Source: Candidatus Iainarchaeum sp. (GTDB lineage: Archaea > Iainarchaeota > Iainarchaeia > Iainarchaeales > JAXPJC01). Taken from it: DNA of 64,000 nucleotides. The stretch covers positions 182,668 through 246,667 of the forward strand of contig JACPJC010000005.1 of NCBI GenBank assembly GCA_016187745.1, given 5' to 3'. The notes under the pieces were generated by a model, which saw nothing but the letters and a program-made list of their open reading frames with translations, had not been told where the DNA came from and searched no databases. The position numbers and the translations under genes are program-made. This document shows positions 57,559 through 64,000 of this stretch, piece by piece; within the stretch, counting starts at the first letter, position 1, and every line of letters starts with the position of its first letter.

Positions 57559-58497
57559 CTAGATTATATCTTCTATCTTCCAATAAGCATATGTGTGCTG
57601 GTATTCTCGGGGGAAGTCTGCTTCTATTTCAGACAAAAATTCTGTTAATGGAATGTTAGAGTTGACTAGAATATTCTGAGAAAATTGGTCTTTGGTCTCA
57701 AAGAGAAGTTTTGTGAAAAGGATTTTACGTTTTTTGTATATTTCTACAGCCTTTTTTCTTCTATAATGCAATAGGTAGTGTAGTCGTAACCAGTCTTTTT
57801 CATTCTTAACATAATCGTTTAGATAAGTAGTTGCATAGCTTGGAAGGTCTCCCTTGAGGAGTTCAAAAGGAGTTAAAGGGTTGACACTTTTTTTAGAAAA
57901 CGAGGGCTGTTTAAGTTTAATCAGTTTTGATATTACAAAGTGTCTCCATTTGAGGTTTGGGGGGGCACGATTTCGTTCTAGAAACCACACAATTTCCTGG
58001 TGATCTGCGCACATCATTCTGGAGAATTTACAATCAAATTGCGCTATCCATTGCAAAAATTTCTTTTCTTCTTGAATATATTCGTTTTTCAATACCAGAA
58101 ATTTTTTTGAAGCTGTTTTTTTAATGTTCTTAAATCGCTTAGAAGGGTCATAAATTGGCGTAAGCTTTTGAATCCACCAAAAAATGTATGGGTTTACTAT
58201 TGGGGTTTGAATATTTTCCAGAATATCAAAATAAGAGGATTTGTCATCTTGGAAATGTAAACGAATTCCCCCTTTAACCAGAACTCTTGGGGAGAGCATC
58301 CTTGAAATTCTCTCTGCGTCTTCTGAGACTGCTGTTGTATCTGAGCCAGAAATTATCAGGTCCAAATCAGAATATTGGTCAATTTGAATGTTCTTCGTTG
58401 AAGCCCCTAACAAAATCATATATTTGCCAGGATAATTTTTAGTCAATAGTTTGGCAAATTTTTTTGAAATTTTAATGCTATTTTTTGCAAAATCCAA
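57559..58497 (-). CDS. Protein with N-terminal nucleotidyltransferase-like motif
   Basis: LLGAS...YSDLDLII (GS..DxD). Confidence 0.5.
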   Translation of the reverse strand: MDFAKNSIKISKKFAKLLTKNYPGKYMILLGASTKNIQIDQYSDLDLIISGSDTTAVSEDAERISRMLSPRVLVKGGIRLHFQDDKSSYFDILENIQTPIVNPYIFWWIQKLTPIYDPSKRFKNIKKTASKKFLVLKNEYIQEEKKFLQWIAQFDCKFSRMMCADHQEIVWFLERNRAPPNLKWRHFVISKLIKLKQPSFSKKSVNPLTPFELLKGDLPSYATTYLNDYVKNEKDWLRLHYLLHYRRKKAVEIYKKRKILFTKLLFETKDQFSQNILVNSNIPLTEFLSEIEADFPREYQHTYAYWKIEDII

Positions 58498-59020
58498 AAA
58501 GCAACACCACCTTTCTTAAGAACATTTGTTCATTTTTGGGGATAAGATTAATTAGAAAAACGTTCTGTTGTTTCAAAAGCTGCTTTTCAAATTTAAGGTA
58601 GTTTTTGATTCTTTTTCTAAGGATTTGCTTGTCATCATCGGCGCGTATGCCTAATTTCCCATGGCAACGGGGGCATTTCTTGTGAATCCTTTTATTATAT
58701 GTTTCGAGACATCTTGGGCAAAACCTACGATTTAAGGCATTCTTAAAAATTGTTTCTTTATCGTAGTACGTAATTACAAATATGATTCCGTCGCTGCAAA
58801 GCTTGGCTTGACTTGCGGTGCGAGGAAATCCATCTACAATACAAAATGCCGGGAGTTGTGAAAAGGCTTTTTTTACTTCATAGTTTGATGCTAAAGCCGC
58901 TCTTTCTTTTTTCTTCAATTGCAAGCTAAAGTTAATTAATGGCAGTCCGGTTATTTTAGATAACAAAAAGGAGAAAAATGTTTTACCGATTGCTGGAGGT
59001 CCAGTGATATATATTCTCAT
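58478..59020 (-). CDS. Divergent adenylate/NMP kinase with Zn lid
   Basis: GPPAIGKT, DGFPRT..QA, CPRC..CPRC, RADD. Confidence 0.8.
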   Translation of the reverse strand: MRIYITGPPAIGKTFFSFLLSKITGLPLINFSLQLKKKERAALASNYEVKKAFSQLPAFCIVDGFPRTASQAKLCSDGIIFVITYYDKETIFKNALNRRFCPRCLETYNKRIHKKCPRCHGKLGIRADDDKQILRKRIKNYLKFEKQLLKQQNVFLINLIPKNEQMFLRKVVLLFGFCKK

Positions 59021-59186
59021 AATTTTTACTCTTTTTGTATAAAATAAATCAACATAACTTCTTTTAAAATACTGTTTTTTGGGTAATAATTTTTTGAACA
59101 TGTTGCAATCTTGCAGTTCTCAAAGAAACTCAAATTAACCGGGATAATGCCCTGCTGCATTGGGCTTCATTGAAGTCTCTTTTTTC

Positions 59187-59340
59187 TCACCCAATCCTGA
59201 GATTGTCCGCTATCATGCATAGCAGTATCTCTTTGCGTTGTTGGGTTGCTTTGTGTAGGTAGAGAAACCCTCCATAGCGGCGTTTAAGTCTGCCGATTGC
59301 AGACTCGCTTATACTGCGCCTTAGGCTTTTCGTTATGCAT
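59187..59340 (-). pseudogene. C-terminal remnant of an IS5/IS4-type DDE transposase
   Basis: Startless frame RRSISESAIGRLKRRYGGFL...QRKEILLCMIADNL* matching the R-x3-E-x6-K signature. Confidence 0.55.
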
Positions 59341-59901
59341 ATTGCTAAGTTTTTTGCCTGACATATTTATCCTCTAATTTTATGAGCATACTCATATGCA
59401 ACATTCTCTTTCCCTGTCATCCCCCCAGCTAATTTCTATCTGAATTTATCCCTTCTTGGTAAATCTTTTACTAAAGAACCTTGGCGCTGAACGCTCCGCT
59501 TTTCAAAGCGGAGATGAAAGCTATTGTACTTATCATAATTAAACGCCTTGGCATTTATGCCAAGGTTCTTTACATTCCTGCAATTCATCGCAGAACTTGC
59601 AGTTGAACTGGTAGCTTGCATACTGCCCAAAACAGGCCATTCCCTGCTTTTCCTTATGCGTGCCATGCCAAATTCATATTTGTGCCTCCTGCAGGCAAGG
59701 CGGTTAAGGCACATAATCTATCAGAACTTGCAAAATTTTTTGTAAATAAATTCGGGAAATCCTGACTTAGGCAATAAATGGCATCAGCCAGAGCCATGTT
59801 ATGTATAATCATTTGCTTCCCGCCCCATCAAAAGGTTTTTATATAATGGAATTATTATTAATTAAGCGGAATCTGGAATGATTTTCGGAAAGTGAAAAGC
59901 A

Positions 59902-60684
59902 ATGCCAAAGGACGGGATTGAAAGGGTTGAGACGGGGATAAAGGGCTTGGACAAGGCGCTTAATGGCGGCGTTCCCCGCGGCAATTTAGTTCTTATTTCA
60001 GGCGGAGCAGGCACTGGAAAGAGCACGCTCTCCCTGCAATTCGTTTACAACGGCGCAAAGCTCTATGGCGAAAAAGGCGTTTATTTTACCACAGAGCAGA
60101 GGGAAGATGAGCTTAGAAAACAAGCCACAAGATTCGGCTGGGATCTGGCAGCATTGGAAAAGAAAGGGCTGCTAAAGCTGATTTTCCTTGATATTGTGCA
60201 CAAGGTGAATTTCTATGAAACAATTGAAACAACCATCAGAACCTTCAAGCCTGAGAGAGTAGTAGTGGATTCAATGGTAACGCTTGCAGACAGCATGAGC
60301 ATAACAGACTTCAAGGACCTTACTGCAATCTCATTTGCACAGCTCTTGGAAAACGTGGGACCGCAGGCGCAGGTGCAGCAAGCGGAGAAGCTCATAACGC
60401 GCAATATTCTTTACAATCTCTACAGCGCGCTGAAGCAGGCGAATGTAACAGCGCTTCTGGTTTCAGAGCTGCCTGAAAAGAGCGATTTCCTGAGCGCTGA
60501 TGAGATAAGTGAATTTATAAGTGATGGAGTTATTTTGTTGCATTATTTAGGCATTGGCAGCGCAGAGTTCAGATCATTACAAATTAGGAAAATGCGCTAC
60601 ACAACACATGAGAAAGATTACATTTTGTATGACATCGCTAATACAGGAATTGAAATTAAAAAAGAAGCAGAAATAAAAGTTTGA
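59902..60684 (+). CDS. KaiC/RAD55-like ATPase
   Basis: TGIKGLD..GGVP, GGAGTGKS, VVDS, IRKMR. Confidence 0.92.
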   Translation: MPKDGIERVETGIKGLDKALNGGVPRGNLVLISGGAGTGKSTLSLQFVYNGAKLYGEKGVYFTTEQREDELRKQATRFGWDLAALEKKGLLKLIFLDIVHKVNFYETIETTIRTFKPERVVVDSMVTLADSMSITDFKDLTAISFAQLLENVGPQAQVQQAEKLITRNILYNLYSALKQANVTALLVSELPEKSDFLSADEISEFISDGVILLHYLGIGSAEFRSLQIRKMRYTTHEKDYILYDIANTGIEIKKEAEIKV

Positions 60685-60728
60685 ATGAACGAATTAAAAT
60701 TTCTCTCAATAAAAGATGGAGAAGAACA

Positions 60729-61343
60729 ATGGGTGTTTTTGGAATAGAATATGGGGAGATAGCAAAACTTTTAATTGGTGGGCAACTTACGTTTAAAGAA
60801 GGAAAAATAGAGCTACTTGGAGAAGGCGTTACTTTTGTTCCACTTACAGACCACATCGCAGAAATAAAATATTATGAAAATATGAATGCGGAGAATGGAA
60901 TATATATTGGAGCCAAATATACTGGTCTTACTTGGAATGAAAAAATGTTAACTAAATATAAAACAAAAACACCTAGGGAGATTTTTGAGTGGGGAAATAA
61001 AGTTATGAATCTTGCAGGCTACGGTGAATTCAAAGTTTATAAAGAAAATAAAGATAGGACTGAATGGATCTGGAGAATTTATAATAGCCAAATAGCTGAA
61101 GCATACCTCAAGAAGTATGGAAAAGCAAAATGGCCAGTTTGCCACAGGGTTAGGGGCTACTTCGCCGGAGCAGCAAGCTTTGTAGCTAGAGTTGACTTGG
61201 ATGCTGTGGAAGTAAAATGCAAAGCAAAAGGGGACTCATATTGTGAATTTGTCATTAAAAAAAATAAAAAATTTAATATAGCAACTACATTAGTAAAAAA
61301 ACAACTTAAAGATATAGGTCAGGAGTCATATGCAAGAGAATAA
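60729..61343 (+). CDS. V4R (4-vinyl reductase) domain protein
   Basis: GYG, PVCH...GYFAG, EVKCKAKGDSYCEF. Confidence 0.88.
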   Translation: MGVFGIEYGEIAKLLIGGQLTFKEGKIELLGEGVTFVPLTDHIAEIKYYENMNAENGIYIGAKYTGLTWNEKMLTKYKTKTPREIFEWGNKVMNLAGYGEFKVYKENKDRTEWIWRIYNSQIAEAYLKKYGKAKWPVCHRVRGYFAGAASFVARVDLDAVEVKCKAKGDSYCEFVIKKNKKFNIATTLVKKQLKDIGQESYARE

Positions 61344-62322
61344 ACCAATTAAGCTAAATGCATTAAAAAATCATGAGTCAAACTGGAAAACATTAGAACA
61401 TACTGTTAAACTCTATAAAGAAGTTGGAAAACGCAACATATATCTCTTTGATTGGCTTCTTTATATGTGGGAAAATTTATATCTTTCTTGTGTTGATTTA
61501 AAATGCATTGACTCATTAAGCACCACTAAAACAAAGGTTGCTATTCTTGATACTCTTATTGATGATGTTGCAGATAGTACTAAAATAGAAGATGATTTTT
61601 TTTTAAATGAACTTTCTAAGTTTGCTTTTGAAAGAAAGTATATTGAATGGAATAAACTAAATCAATACCAAATAAAGTATATTAAAAATACCTTGGCTGT
61701 ATGGGATGACATTATTGAAACTATCAAGAAATACCCCCGATTTGAAGAATTTAAGAGAATTCTCGAATGGGATGTTAATCAAGTAATTAATTCAATGAAG
61801 TTTGCTCATTTAGTGAATACTGTCCCTAATCTCAATAACTTGGTTGAAAATAGAGCTTATGGACACCATAGTATGACAGTAATCATGTGTGGTACAATAG
61901 ATTTAATGTGTTCTCCCTCATTCGATATGCGAGATTTTTCTAAAATTAGAAAAGTTCTATATTATGCCCAACAGTTAGCTAGAATTGGAAATATGATTAA
62001 TACTTATCCAAGAGAAATAAATGAGGAGGATATCTCAAGTGAGATTCTCACAATGGCCATTGAAGATAAGATTATTGACTCAGAAAAATTAAAAAATAGT
62101 CTAAGGGATAAAAATAATGTTGTCTTAATTACTCAGTTAGTGAAAAAGTTTGATGAGTATTGGGATGATCTCTATTTTAAGATAAAAGAGGTAGGTAGAG
62201 ATATAAAGTCTATTGATATTAATGAGTTTTTGAGAGAAAGAAAATTCATTCAACAGAAATATGAGGAACGAGTAAAATATTGGTTGAAAGATTATGCCGA
62301 TAAACGATTCGTTGAATTTTAA
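61330..62322 (+). CDS. Class I terpene/isoprenoid synthase-fold protein
   Basis: LIDDVAD (DDxxD) and RIGNMINTYPRE (NSE/DTE-like). Confidence 0.65.
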   Translation: MQENKPIKLNALKNHESNWKTLEHTVKLYKEVGKRNIYLFDWLLYMWENLYLSCVDLKCIDSLSTTKTKVAILDTLIDDVADSTKIEDDFFLNELSKFAFERKYIEWNKLNQYQIKYIKNTLAVWDDIIETIKKYPRFEEFKRILEWDVNQVINSMKFAHLVNTVPNLNNLVENRAYGHHSMTVIMCGTIDLMCSPSFDMRDFSKIRKVLYYAQQLARIGNMINTYPREINEEDISSEILTMAIEDKIIDSEKLKNSLRDKNNVVLITQLVKKFDEYWDDLYFKIKEVGRDIKSIDINEFLRERKFIQQKYEERVKYWLKDYADKRFVEF

Positions 62323-62347
62323 TGTTTTTTTAAGGTGCTGAAGACTA

Positions 62348-62560
62348 ATGGAAGACTCACATAAACGTTCTTTGGTTAAATCAATTACATATAGAGCAAG
62401 TGCAACATTAGCTTTAGCGATAATTTCTTGGTTTTATACAGGAAATCTTCTTGAGACATCGTTCATTACAATAATTTTTACTATAGTAGCGACTATAATT
62501 TACTACTTCCATGAGAGGGTTTGGGATAGAATTAAGTGGGAAAGACACATAAGAAAATAG
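62348..62560 (+). CDS. DUF2061 small membrane protein
   Basis: RSLVKSITYR...YYFHERVW. Confidence 0.88.
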   Translation: MEDSHKRSLVKSITYRASATLALAIISWFYTGNLLETSFITIIFTIVATIIYYFHERVWDRIKWERHIRK

Positions 62561-62599
62561 TTATTGGACAATCTCTTTGTAATTTAATTGTCATACCAT

Positions 62600-63454
62600 T
62601 TACCTGAAATATTTCATCAACTGTTTCTTCAAAAACTTTGCCATATCAGGATTTCTTGTTATTGTGAGGTCAAAATGCATCGGAGTTTTTAGTGTATTTC
62701 TGAAATATACCTCCCTGAAAAGGTCTGTAAGATTTTTGTTTCTGTTATACACTTCATCCAATATTTGTTTAGTTTCTGCAGAAGATACAACTTCAATTAT
62801 ACAATCTCCTTGAACATACAGCGAGTCATCGAATAGTTGTTCCTTTGTGCCTATTTTTACATTGCTTACACCTGCTCTTAGAAATTGTTTTTGAAGCCAT
62901 TTATCAAATGGGCTGGCCAATGAAACAATAGCGTAAGTCTTCTTACAGTTTCTGGCAACGCCTTGCAAAATCGCAAAATCTTTGAAATTGAATCTTAATG
63001 GCCAATACATGTGCCTGAACCAAGCAATTGCTGTTGGGTCACTATCTCCTGCTAAGATTCTATTTGCAAGCAACTCTGCTATAAAAACGGATAAAACGCT
63101 AAAGTCATTAAACTCCAATTTAATAGTCCCCTTGAAATTCGGATCAATGTCATAAATCATCCCTTCTTTGTTGTATAGTTTTTCCAAATTTGTAGAGAAT
63201 TTCTTTATATTTGAAATCCAATCCTTGTTCAACTCATATTTTGCTCCCGCCCTGTAAATAATTCTGTTTTCTTCAAGCTGTTTTAAACTTTTATGGATAG
63301 CCTGGTAAGAAACATTTAACGAGAGCTGCCTCTTGGTTCTGCCATAAATTTCCTTAGCGCTCAATGGCCACTCCTGGCTTAGTATGGAGATGATGGCGTC
63401 TTTGGTGGTATTTTGTTTGGTGTTCAATTGCGGAATTATGGGATTAACCGGCAT
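62600..63454 (-). CDS. Winged-helix regulator (EWPLS family) with C-terminal effector domain
   Basis: ILSQEWPLSAKEI...VSYQAIHKSL. Confidence 0.75.
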   Translation of the reverse strand: MPVNPIIPQLNTKQNTTKDAIISILSQEWPLSAKEIYGRTKRQLSLNVSYQAIHKSLKQLEENRIIYRAGAKYELNKDWISNIKKFSTNLEKLYNKEGMIYDIDPNFKGTIKLEFNDFSVLSVFIAELLANRILAGDSDPTAIAWFRHMYWPLRFNFKDFAILQGVARNCKKTYAIVSLASPFDKWLQKQFLRAGVSNVKIGTKEQLFDDSLYVQGDCIIEVVSSAETKQILDEVYNRNKNLTDLFREVYFRNTLKTPMHFDLTITRNPDMAKFLKKQLMKYFR

Positions 63455-63455
63455 C

Positions 63456-64000
63456 TTATTCACTCCTGAAATATTTCATCAATTGCCTTTTCAAAAATTT
63501 TGCCATTGAAGGGTCCCGTGTTATTGTAACCTCAAAATGCATTGGAGCCTTTAACGCGTCCCTGAAATACACTTCCCTGAAAAGATCTGTAATATTCTTG
63601 TTTCTGTTGTATATCTCATCCAATATCTGTTTAGTTCTTTGGGAGGCATTGAATTTTATCACGCTATCCCCGTGAACTATTAAATCATAATCAAATAGCT
63701 CTTCCCCAATCCCTATTTTTACACCTTTGAAACCGGCTTTCAAATACTGCTTCTGGACCCATTTATCAAACAAGCTGGCTGAAGAGGCAATAACATAGGC
63801 ATTTTTGCAGTTTTTGCCTATGCGTTGAAGAAGCTCGAAATCCTTAAAGTTAAATCTTAGCGGCCAATAGAGGTGCCTAAGCCAGCCAATTGCCATGGGG
63901 GCGCTATCTCCCACCAACGTATTGCTTGAGAGTATTTCCGCAAAAGTAACAATCATAACTGCATAATCATTAAACTGCCACTTAATTGTCCCCCTAAAGT
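63456..64000 (-). CDS. Tandem paralog of the 62600 regulator (5' part beyond the window)
   Basis: Frame open to the window end (FRGTIKWQFND...); shares RH.YWPLRFNFKDF and DLFREVYFR. Confidence 0.8.
   Translation of the reverse strand, partial: FRGTIKWQFNDYAVMIVTFAEILSSNTLVGDSAPMAIGWLRHLYWPLRFNFKDFELLQRIGKNCKNAYVIASSASLFDKWVQKQYLKAGFKGVKIGIGEELFDYDLIVHGDSVIKFNASQRTKQILDEIYNRNKNITDLFREVYFRDALKAPMHFEVTITRDPSMAKFLKRQLMKYFRSE

Noticed and set aside
59436-59745. Short ORFs between the transposase remnant and kaiC
   Set aside because: No motifs or SD, overlapping on both strands; probably decayed sequence.
59902-60684. Circadian clock KaiC
   Set aside because: Single-domain RAD55-like ATPase with no kaiA or kaiB.
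1-64000. CRISPR array or rRNA genes
   Set aside because: No regularly spaced identical repeats with unique spacers and no rRNA-like tracts were seen; the repeats found are coding.

Overview
Archaeal genomic DNA, most likely a DPANN lineage (Iainarchaeota/Micrarchaeota-like; inferred from gene content and the many SGC-lipobox proteins and basic orphans). The window has five parts. (1) 1-14.9 kb is a copper/thiol-redox locus: copA, a split GlcD/GlcF-type dehydrogenase, a thioredoxin-CcdA fusion, a multi-CxxC protein, two paralogous CCG..CxCxH proteins, three tandem membrane-anchored peptides ending in MVGGC, a BlaI/CopY repressor with a HEXXH protease, and ArsR. (2) 15.5-17.4 kb holds tRNA-thiolation genes. 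(3) 17.5-33.3 kb is the conserved archaeal rpl15e-rpp30-pop5-psmA-SBDS-rrp4/41/42-rpl37ae-rpoP-brix-pcc1-pfdB-DHH superoperon, interrupted by cargo genes and an isolated tRNA 3' half. (4) 33-50 kb is mixed: an LRR cassette flanked by a duplicated gene end, and iscS plus an intein-containing iscU. (5) 50.2-64 kb is an AT-rich island bracketed by a winged-helix regulator family. It carries a biosynthetic-like cluster (radical SAM/SPASM, SerRS, LeuA-like synthase, ACP, FkbH, AcpS, NTase-like, NMP kinase) and a KaiC-V4R-terpene-synthase-like operon. The best candidates for undescribed systems are the MVGGC swinging-arm module and the SerRS/FkbH cluster. All assignments come from reading motifs by eye; no searches were run.
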